This document shows positions 56,553-64,000 of a DNA stretch of 64,000 nt, in pieces. The notes under the pieces are model-generated. The model was not told the DNA's origin. It saw nothing but the letters and a program-made list of their open reading frames with translations, and ran no database searches. The translations under genes and the position numbers were made by a program. Every line of letters starts with the position of its first letter. Position 1 is the stretch's first letter. Origin of the DNA: Spirochaetia bacterium (GTDB lineage: Bacteria > Spirochaetota > Spirochaetia > SZUA-6 > Bin103); contig OZ241907.1 of the NCBI GenBank assembly GCA_965203515.1, forward strand, positions 32,001-96,000, given 5' to 3'.

Positions 56553-58405
56553 CCGCAGGGCTGCAAGGAACAGGGGGAGAGGTGAGCGACGACCTGACGC
56601 GCATCGGGCTGGTCGACGGATCGGTAGACAGCAACTCCCGGACCTTCCACGTGGTGCTGGACGCCGATACGGTCATCCAGCTCGACGAGCTGGTCACCGT
56701 GACCACCGAGCTGCCCGACGAGCGCGAGGTGATCCACTACGGAATCGTCACCGAGCTGCTGTCCCGCTTCGAGGGGGCGGAACTGCCCTCCGACACCGGC
56801 CGCGTGATCGACCGGACCCTGCCGGCCGAGCTGGTGCGGCGTGCCGAGGTGCGCGTGCTGCGCGTGGTGCCGGAGCTGTTCCTGGCCCCTCACGCCGGGG
56901 CGGCGGTGACCCGCGCCGCCGGCGCCCACCGCGCCGCCGCCCTGTTCGAGGACGAGATGACGCGCGGCAAGCTGCCGCTGGGTCTCGACCTGAGCGGAGC
57001 GCCGGTATACGCCGACATGCGCTTCGTGGACGGGCGCGCGGGCGGCCATGTCTCCATCTCCGGCATCTCCGGCGTTGCCACCAAGACCTCCTACGCCCTG
57101 TTCCTGCTCTATCAACTGTTGGAGACCGATGCCGGCATGGCGCTGCTCGGCGGCCGTGCGAGCCGGGAAGGCGTGCGCGCGCTGGTGTTCAACACCAAGG
57201 GCGAGGATCTGCTCCATCTGGACCGCGCCAACAGCCAGTTCGCCGGCCGGCCCGAGGGTGCGGGGCGCTGGAAGGCGCTTGGGGTGCCGGCCCCGGGGCC
57301 GTTCCGTTCGGTGCGCATCTACGCGCCGCGCGGGTCAGATGCCGCGGACAACCTCACGCCGGAAGTGCAGACACGGCCGACCGGCGACGTGCACGCCTAC
57401 GGCTGGACGCCGGAACGGTTCGTGCGCGAACAGTTGCTGCAGTTCTGCTTCACGTCCGAAGACGAACGCGCGACCCAGGTCGGCTTCGTCGAGCAGCAGG
57501 TACGGATACAGCTCCTCCGCCGGCTGCGGCGTCTGGAAGGGGATGGCGCCGGCGCGGTGGTGATCGCCGATACGGTGTCCGGCAACACCGGTTACAATCC
57601 GGACCGGTTGGCGGAACGGGAGCCGGACGCGGCGCCGGCCGGCGCCGGTCACGTGATCCGCGAGCTCGGCGACTTGATCGACTTGTTGGAGGAGATCGCC
57701 GCGGAAGATTCCGAGAGCCGCCTGAACGAGTGGTTCGGCCGTACGCAGCCGGGTACGCGGCAGGCGTTCCTGCGGCGGTTGCTGCGCCTGCGCCGTCATC
57801 TGGGGCCGCTGGTCGGCTGCGGACTGGAGCCGTTGTCGCTGGAGAACGCCCGGCTCCACGTGGTGGACATCTCTCGGCTGCACGACGACGCGCAACGCTT
57901 CGTGGTGGGTGCATTGCTGGACGGTATCTGGCGCGAGAAGCAGGGCACCGGCCGCGAGCCGCTACGTTTCGTGGTGCTGGACGAGCTCAACAAGTATGCG
58001 CCTGCGCAGGGGTTCTCACCTCTGAAGGAGCTGCTGGTGGACATCGCCGAGCGCGGCCGCTCGCTGGGCGTGCTGCTGATCGGGGCGCAACAGGCGGCAT
58101 CGGCGGTGGCGCAGGCGCTGCCGCGCAACGCGTCGCTGAAGGTGGCCGGCCGGCTGGATGCCAGCGAGTCCGAGACATACCGGTTTCTCACCCCGGCGCT
58201 GCGCGAACGCGCCACCCGCTTCATGCCGGGTACCATGGTGGCGGCGCAGCCGATCGTGCCGGAGCCGATCCCGATTCGCTTTCCGTTCCCGCCGTTCGCC
58301 ACCAACTACGATGAAGCGGCGGTGGACGGCGCCGCGCGGCAGGCGCGGGTCGAGCAGGTCAGCCGCAACTTGGCAGCGCTGGCCGGGCCCCGCTTCGACC
58401 TGTGA
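56549..58405 (+). CDS. herA: HerA-family ATPase/helicase (HAS barrel + FtsK/HerA ATPase)
   Basis: N-terminal beta-barrel, HVSISGISGVATKTSY Walker A variant, FNTKGEDL, VVLDELNKYAP, IAERGRSLGVLLIGAQQ. Confidence 0.88.
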   Translation: MTAGLQGTGGEVSDDLTRIGLVDGSVDSNSRTFHVVLDADTVIQLDELVTVTTELPDEREVIHYGIVTELLSRFEGAELPSDTGRVIDRTLPAELVRRAEVRVLRVVPELFLAPHAGAAVTRAAGAHRAAALFEDEMTRGKLPLGLDLSGAPVYADMRFVDGRAGGHVSISGISGVATKTSYALFLLYQLLETDAGMALLGGRASREGVRALVFNTKGEDLLHLDRANSQFAGRPEGAGRWKALGVPAPGPFRSVRIYAPRGSDAADNLTPEVQTRPTGDVHAYGWTPERFVREQLLQFCFTSEDERATQVGFVEQQVRIQLLRRLRRLEGDGAGAVVIADTVSGNTGYNPDRLAEREPDAAPAGAGHVIRELGDLIDLLEEIAAEDSESRLNEWFGRTQPGTRQAFLRRLLRLRRHLGPLVGCGLEPLSLENARLHVVDISRLHDDAQRFVVGALLDGIWREKQGTGREPLRFVVLDELNKYAPAQGFSPLKELLVDIAERGRSLGVLLIGAQQAASAVAQALPRNASLKVAGRLDASESETYRFLTPALRERATRFMPGTMVAAQPIVPEPIPIRFPFPPFATNYDEAAVDGAARQARVEQVSRNLAALAGPRFDL

Positions 58406-58409
58406 GCGG

Positions 58410-58434
58410 CCGACCACTCGTGGTCGGGTATAAC
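58410..58434 (+). promoter_or_regulatory. 18-bp palindrome followed by a -10-like TATAAC upstream of sbcD
   Basis: CCGACCAC-tc-GTGGTCGG (58410-58427); TATAAC 58429-58434, 8 nt before the GTG; no SD. Confidence 0.45.
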
Positions 58435-58442
58435 TTCCGGGC

Positions 58443-59693
58443 GTGAAGCTGCTGCACACCGCCGACTGGCACCTGGGCGCGCGCCTCGGGCGTCACGACC
58501 GGCTGCCGGATCAGGTGGAGGCGGTGCGCGCCGTGCTGGAAGTGGCGCGTGCGGAGGCGCCCGATCTGATCCTTCACGCCGGCGACCTGTTCGACGCCGC
58601 GCGCCCGGCGTACGAGGCGTTGGAGGCCGGCGTCCGAGCGCTCGGGCGCCTTGCCGAGATCGCGCCGACGGTCGTGTTGTGCGGCAACCACGACTCGCCG
58701 GCCCTGTTTCGGGTGATCGACCGCCTGGCCGCCGCCGTCCGCCCGCGCCGCCTGTGGATGGTGAGCGAGCCGCGCGTGCTGCCCTTCGACGGATTGGCGT
58801 CGGAGCCGGTTGCAGTGGCGTGCGTTCCGTTCCTCTCACCGGCCGGCGCCGTGGGCGTCGCCGTCGCTGACCGGGGGCGTGCGAGCGGCGCTTACGCCGA
58901 TGTGATCCGCGATCTCAATGGCGACCTCCTGGACGAGGCGCAGCGGACCGCCGGCGCGCGCGGTATCGTGCTCTACGCCGCCCATCTGCACGTGCACGGC
59001 GCCCGGCCGGGCCGCTCCGAACGGCGCCTTACCGTGGGCGAGGATTACGCCACCCACCCGGCCGGCCTGGAACGGGCGCTCTACTGCGCGTTCGGGCACA
59101 TCCACGACCCGCAGTCGCTGACGGGCGGGGTGGCGCGAGGCCGCTACGCGGGCTCCCTGGTGCCGCTGGACTACGGCGAACGCGAGCAGCGCAAGCAGGT
59201 GGTGCTGGTCTCCATCGACCACGAGGTTCGCGTGGAGCCGCGTGCGATCGCTGCCGGCCGGCCTCTGGTAGAGATCGACGGAACGCTCGAGGAGTTGGAG
59301 CGGCGCGCCGCGGGCGGCGGCCTCGACGGCCACATCCTCAAAGCGCGCATCCGCTCGCAGGACCCGATTCACGATTTGGCCGATCGGTTGCTGGAGCACT
59401 CGCCCCGTTGCGTGGTGTTCGACCTGCACAACGCGCCGGCCAACCGGACGGTGCAGGCCGTAGATGCTGCCGCCGAGCCGGGCGAGGAACCGTCCCTCGT
59501 CGATCAGTTCCGGGAGTGGCGGGCGAACGCGGCGCGCGGCGTCAGCGCCTCGCACGAGCTGGTCACCGAGCTGTTCAGTGCGGCGCTGGCCGGCGCCGGC
59601 GAACAGACTGCCCCGGACCTTGGCGTAGCGGCTCTGAAAGGGCGCGCCCAGCAGGTGCTGGCCGCGCTCGACGCAGCGGCGTCGGAGGGCTGA
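58443..59693 (+). CDS. sbcD: SbcD/Mre11 nuclease
   Basis: LHTADWHLG, AGDLFD, GNHDS, AHL, AFGHIH, YAGS...LDYGE. Confidence 0.94.
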   Translation: MKLLHTADWHLGARLGRHDRLPDQVEAVRAVLEVARAEAPDLILHAGDLFDAARPAYEALEAGVRALGRLAEIAPTVVLCGNHDSPALFRVIDRLAAAVRPRRLWMVSEPRVLPFDGLASEPVAVACVPFLSPAGAVGVAVADRGRASGAYADVIRDLNGDLLDEAQRTAGARGIVLYAAHLHVHGARPGRSERRLTVGEDYATHPAGLERALYCAFGHIHDPQSLTGGVARGRYAGSLVPLDYGEREQRKQVVLVSIDHEVRVEPRAIAAGRPLVEIDGTLEELERRAAGGGLDGHILKARIRSQDPIHDLADRLLEHSPRCVVFDLHNAPANRTVQAVDAAAEPGEEPSLVDQFREWRANAARGVSASHELVTELFSAALAGAGEQTAPDLGVAALKGRAQQVLAALDAAASEG

Positions 59694-59695
59694 AC

Positions 59696-62600
59696 GTGCG
59701 CCCGCTGGAGTTGACGATCGAAGGGCTGCGCTCGTTCCGCGAGCCGGTGACCCTGGACCTGCGCGGACGGGACCGGATCGCGATCGTGGGCGACACAGGG
59801 GCAGGGAAGTCCTCGATCATCGAGGCGATCACCTATGCGCTGTACGGACAGCCGACCTTCACCGGATTGAACCGGGAGCTGATGAATGACGCAGCCACCT
59901 CGCTACGGGTGGTGCTCCGTTTCCGGGCGACCGGGGAGGAGTGGGAGGTGGTGCGCGCCTTGCGCCGCCGCGGCAATGGCACGGTCGGCCCGCAGACCGC
60001 GCAACTACGGCGCTTCGCGGCGAACGGCGACATGCTGGAGCTGGTGGAGCAGGCGCGCAAGGTCAACGAGCGCATCGAATCCGCGGTCGGTCTCAACCAC
60101 GACGCCTTCCTGCGCACCACGGTCCTGCCGCAGGGCCGCTTTGCTCAGCTTCTGGTAGAGGACGATCCAAGGGTGCGCAGCACGATCCTCCGGCAGGTGT
60201 GGCGTACCGACGAGCTGGAGGCCGCCGGGCAGGTCGCCGCCGCGGCGGGTCGGGAGATCGCCGACCTGCGGGCTCGGATCGAACAGGCCGCGTCGCGCTA
60301 TCCGCAGGATCCGACGGCGCATCTTGCATGGCTCCGGGAACAGGCGGAGCAAGCTCGACGGGCGGCGGACGCAGCCGCCGCGACCGAGCTGGAGGCCGCC
60401 GATGCCCATGCGGCGCTGCGGGCAGCCGAGGCGGAGCGCGTCCGCGTGGGCGCCGCCTCGGAACGGCTCGCGACGTTCGATGCGGCTGGGACGGCAGCCG
60501 AGTTGGCACCGGTCGCGGCAGCGGCCGACGAGATCGACGGTCTGGAGTCGGCCCTGCAGAAACGTCGGAACCAAGCCGCGGGAGAACTGGCGGCCATACC
60601 ATCCGATGACGACGGCCCCTCGGTGGCGCAGGTCGCCGCGGCCCTGACCACGCTGGATGGCATCCCGAGACTGGCCGCGGACGGGGCCGCTGCTGCCGCG
60701 GAGCTGCGGGAGCGAAGCAGCGCGGCCGAAGACAGCCGCGCTGCGGCCGAGCGGGCGGCCGCCGGGGAGCGCCGAGCGGCCGTAGCGGCGACCGACCACG
60801 AAGAGCTGATGCCGCCGCTGGAACAGGCGCTGCAGACGGCAGAGCAACGGCGCGACCGGCTGGCCGCGCTGCATGGCGCCGCCCTGGAGGGTGCGGGCGC
60901 CGCCGACGCCGTTCGCGAGGAACTGGCGCGGCGCGAACGGGGGCGGCAGGAGGTGGAGGGCCGTTTGCAGGAAGCCGCTGACGACGCCGCGCGGCGCGCG
61001 CAGGCCGCGGTCCGCGCTCAAGAGCATCTCGCGGTGACGCGGCGCTCGGAGTCGGCGGCCATGATTGCCGGTGGGCTGCATCCGGGCGACGAATGCCCGA
61101 TCTGCCGGCGTACGCTGGCGCCGGCCTGGGAGGCGCCAGCCGGGGGCGGCCTGCGCACTGTGGAACGGGAGGCGGAGGCGGCTGGCACCGCCGCGGCGGA
61201 GGCGCGTGACGTTCAGGTCGCGCTGGCCACCAGCCGCGACGCCGCCGTGGAGGCCGTCAAGGAGACAGGGGAGCGCTTGCGAGTGGCTTCCGAAGTTGCC
61301 GCCAAGGCGCGGCGGGCGTTGGCGGCAGCCGCGGCGCAGGCTGGCGAGTCGGCGCCGGCAGTCGCTATCCGGGCGGCTGCCGGCGACCCGGCAGACCCGC
61401 TCCCGGTAGCTGAGTCGCTGCTGGCGCCGCTGCAGGCGGCGGTCACGGCCGCCGAGCGAGCCGCCGCCGCGCACGCGGAACGGCGCGGCGAGCTGGCGCA
61501 AGAGGCGGCCGAGCAGGAGAGGGTGGCCGGCATCGCGGCGGAAGCGGCGGTCAGCGCCGAGCGGCTACGCGCCGCCGCCGACCGGACCGCCGCCGCCGCG
61601 CTGGTACGGCTGCGGGACGCGGTTGCTGCGGTGCCGGAACCCTACCGACCGCCCCTGTATCTGCCGGCCGCCGCGGGCGAGTTCCGGGAAGCGGATATGG
61701 GACTCGTGCGCGATGGGGCCGCGGCGGCCCGGCAGCGCGAACGGGTGGTCGCGGAGCGCGCGCAGCGACGCGACCGCTTGGCGGCCATGATGCGGGAGCT
61801 GGCCGCTGAGCAGGAAGCGCTGGAGCATCGACGCTCGGCGGAGGTCGTCGAGACGCTCGCCGCCGTCGTTCGCAGGCTCAACGAGCACCGCGATCTGCTG
61901 GCGCGCAGCGCGCTCGAGCTGAACCTGGAGCCGGACCTGCCGAAGGTACTCACCGCCGAGCGCCCGGCGGAGGTCGCGGCGCGGATCGACCATCTGGGAG
62001 GCGCGACGGCATATCTGTTACAGGTCGCGGGCATCCGGGACACGCGAGCGGCGGCTGCGCAAGACGGCGCCCGCGCCAAGCTGCAGGCGATTGGCCGGTC
62101 CGCCGAGCTCGAGGTCGAGGATCTCGACGCGGTCGTGGCGGGCGCTCGCGCCGCTGCCGAGAGCGCCCGCTATACCGCCCGCATGGCGCAGGAGAGCGCC
62201 GGGGCGTTCGCCTCAGTGGTCGACCGTGTGGCCGAGCTGCGGCAACTGCTCGCCGACGTAGAGGAGCGGTCACGGGCGCTGTCCGATCTGGAGGCGGCGC
62301 TCAAGGCCGGGGCGTTCCTGAAGTGGCTGACCCTGCGCCGCTCGCGTAGTCTGCTGGTGCACGCCTCGCGGATGTTGGAGCAGGTCAGCGACGGCCGTTA
62401 TGCGTTCGTGGAGCCGGCGGATGAGTTCGACCGCTGGCAGGTACTGGACCGAGAGTCCGGGCAGCCGCGTTCACCGGCCAGCCTGTCGGGCGGCGAGCAG
62501 TTCATCGCCTCACTGGCACTGGCGCTGGGCATGGTTGAGATGATGGCGCGTAGCGGCGGCAGTCTGGAGTCGCTGTTTCTGGACGAGGGGTTCGGGACCC

Positions 62601-62833
62601 TGGACCGCAACAATCTGGATGCCGTCATCGAAGCGTTGGGCTCGGCGGCGGCCGGCGGGAGGCTGGTGGTGCTGATCTCCCACGTGCAGGCGGTGGCCGA
62701 GCAGGTGGCCGACGTGGCGGCGGTCACGCGCACCCATGCCGGCAGCCGTATCGAGTGGCTATCCGACGCGGAGCGCCGTCGCGCCGCCGAGTCGGATGCC
62801 GGCGCCGGAGCGCTCGGCGGGCTCCTGGAGTAG
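59696..62833 (+). CDS. sbcC: SbcC/Rad50 SMC-family ATPase
   Basis: MRPLELTIEGLRSF, GDTGAGKSS, LPQGRFAQLL, long coiled coils with central zinc hook CPIC, LSGGEQF, FLDEGFGTLD, ISH. Confidence 0.94.
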   Translation: MRPLELTIEGLRSFREPVTLDLRGRDRIAIVGDTGAGKSSIIEAITYALYGQPTFTGLNRELMNDAATSLRVVLRFRATGEEWEVVRALRRRGNGTVGPQTAQLRRFAANGDMLELVEQARKVNERIESAVGLNHDAFLRTTVLPQGRFAQLLVEDDPRVRSTILRQVWRTDELEAAGQVAAAAGREIADLRARIEQAASRYPQDPTAHLAWLREQAEQARRAADAAAATELEAADAHAALRAAEAERVRVGAASERLATFDAAGTAAELAPVAAAADEIDGLESALQKRRNQAAGELAAIPSDDDGPSVAQVAAALTTLDGIPRLAADGAAAAAELRERSSAAEDSRAAAERAAAGERRAAVAATDHEELMPPLEQALQTAEQRRDRLAALHGAALEGAGAADAVREELARRERGRQEVEGRLQEAADDAARRAQAAVRAQEHLAVTRRSESAAMIAGGLHPGDECPICRRTLAPAWEAPAGGGLRTVEREAEAAGTAAAEARDVQVALATSRDAAVEAVKETGERLRVASEVAAKARRALAAAAAQAGESAPAVAIRAAAGDPADPLPVAESLLAPLQAAVTAAERAAAAHAERRGELAQEAAEQERVAGIAAEAAVSAERLRAAADRTAAAALVRLRDAVAAVPEPYRPPLYLPAAAGEFREADMGLVRDGAAAARQRERVVAERAQRRDRLAAMMRELAAEQEALEHRRSAEVVETLAAVVRRLNEHRDLLARSALELNLEPDLPKVLTAERPAEVAARIDHLGGATAYLLQVAGIRDTRAAAAQDGARAKLQAIGRSAELEVEDLDAVVAGARAAAESARYTARMAQESAGAFASVVDRVAELRQLLADVEERSRALSDLEAALKAGAFLKWLTLRRSRSLLVHASRMLEQVSDGRYAFVEPADEFDRWQVLDRESGQPRSPASLSGGEQFIASLALALGMVEMMARSGGSLESLFLDEGFGTLDRNNLDAVIEALGSAAAGGRLVVLISHVQAVAEQVADVAAVTRTHAGSRIEWLSDAERRRAAESDAGAGALGGLLE

Positions 62834-62861
62834 CACGAGCGGCGAATGTCTGCCGCCGGTC

Positions 62862-63602
62862 TCAGCTGCGGTAGGAGGGGTCTTCCTCGTCGAGGATGGC
62901 GCGGAGCTCCCGGAAGTGGTCTTCGCTCAGGTCGGGGTAATGGCGCCACTGCCGTTCCGTCCTGGCCGCCACGCGGTCGGAGACGGAGCGCAGCTTCCTG
63001 CCGGTCTGCAGGGCGGTGAGGTAGGTGCTGCAGGCGCGCTCGAAGTAGTAGAGGTCGTCGAACGCCTGCGCGACCGTGGGACCGATCGCCATCACCCCAT
63101 GGTGGCGCATGAGCAGGATCGGCTTGTCCTCCACCAGGCGGGCGATGCGTTCGGCCTCGTCGTCCAGGCCCATGCCGTCGAACCGGTCGTCGACGGTCAC
63201 CCGCCCCCAGAAGCGCATCGCGTTCTGGTCGACGGGCGGCAGCGTCGGATCGTCCAGACACGCCAGCGCGGTCGCAAACCGCGAGTGCGCGTGCAGCAGG
63301 CAGCGAGCATGCCGCACGTGCCGGTGGATGCTGCCGTGCAGCGCCCAGGCGGTCGGATCGGGAGCGCCCGGCCGATCCATCGTGCCGACGTCGCCGGCAT
63401 CCAGCAGCAGCAACTCGCTCGCCCTGACGCGCGAGAAATGGCGGCCCCGCGGGTTCATCAGGAACCGGGTTCCCGCCTCGTCGACGGCCAGACTGAAGTG
63501 GTTGGCGACCGCCTCGTGCAGGTCGAGGCGGGCCGCCCAGCGGAACGCGCACGCCAGCGCGATGCGCTCGTCGGCGAAGTCCATGTCGGCACGGTACGGC
63601 AT
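62862..63602 (-). CDS. Class II aldolase/adducin family protein
   Basis: HEAVANHFS, VRASELL, PTAWALHGSIH, LHAHS, MRHHGV, LYYFERAC. Confidence 0.9.
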   Translation of the reverse strand: MPYRADMDFADERIALACAFRWAARLDLHEAVANHFSLAVDEAGTRFLMNPRGRHFSRVRASELLLLDAGDVGTMDRPGAPDPTAWALHGSIHRHVRHARCLLHAHSRFATALACLDDPTLPPVDQNAMRFWGRVTVDDRFDGMGLDDEAERIARLVEDKPILLMRHHGVMAIGPTVAQAFDDLYYFERACSTYLTALQTGRKLRSVSDRVAARTERQWRHYPDLSEDHFRELRAILDEEDPSYRS

Positions 63603-63695
63603 CGGACTGCCGTTCCGCCAGTCCACGCTCCGGTGGCGGCGTCTCTGCCGGGCGCGGCCTTTGCGGCGCGATCGCCCGTCCGGCATCGTAGCCGC

Positions 63696-64000
63696 ATGAC
63701 GACCCCTTTTGAGCCGCCGCGCGACATCTGGGAGGTCAACCGGACCTTGCACGTCAATGAGCCGCTGGACGGCGACCGGGACCCGCGCTGGGTGGATACC
63801 GAGCCGGCGCGCGGTGAGTACAGCCTGAATCAACTCTGTCGGACGCTGGGGGTTGACCGTTCCAGGCGGGAGATGACGGCGCCCGACGACGGTTACTACC
63901 TGTTCTGCGGCCACCGCGGCAGCGGAAAGAGCACCGAGCTGCGGCGCATCGCCCACGAGCTCCACGACGATGATCTCTACTACGTGGTGTTCGTCGATGC
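63696..64000 (+). CDS. N-terminal part of a P-loop ATPase (runs off the window; absent from the ORF track)
   Basis: Manual translation MTTPFEPPRDIWEV...YYLFCGHRGSGKSTELRRIAHEL...; Walker A GHRGSGKST; no stop before the window end. Confidence 0.75.
   Translation, partial: MTTPFEPPRDIWEVNRTLHVNEPLDGDRDPRWVDTEPARGEYSLNQLCRTLGVDRSRREMTAPDDGYYLFCGHRGSGKSTELRRIAHELHDDDLYYVVFVD

Overview
High-GC bacterial chromosomal window. The ClpC and S21 sequences look spirochaetal to me; that taxonomy is inference only. There are four blocks. (1) 1-25.2 kb is housekeeping: ftsY, a lolCDE-type ABC transporter, clpC, a large TPR protein, efp+epmA, rnz, ftsB-like, tsaC, an M15B carboxypeptidase, recO-thpR-recJ, rpsU, two convergent CAT-anticodon tRNAs, a sensor kinase, rnhA and comM. 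(2) 25.3-45.3 kb is a defence island directly after comM. It holds an ABC-ATPase/TOPRIM (OLD-like) gene, a HEPN-MNT pair and a complete type 1-like BREX system (brxA-like, brxB, brxC, pglX, pglZ, brxL). The BREX core is split on both sides of pglX by five cargo genes: two Schlafen/AlbA_2 + HATPase_c_4 proteins (one with an unexplained ~170 aa beta-rich tail), a Uma2 nuclease, an orphan HicB-like protein and a KTSC protein. The central specificity region of pglX is visibly lower in GC. (3) 45.3-55.5 kb carries a lipoprotein, DUF1801, an orphan Panacea antitoxin and a minus-strand catabolic cluster (PhyH dioxygenase, sulfatase, family-5 ABC binding protein and permeases, oxidoreductase, amidohydrolase). 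(4) 55.6-62.8 kb is an archaeal-style nurA-herA-sbcD(mre11)-sbcC(rad50) cluster, followed by a class II aldolase and a P-loop ATPase cut off at the window edge. I saw no CRISPR array, integrase or transposase. All family calls come from motif recognition by eye, not database searches.
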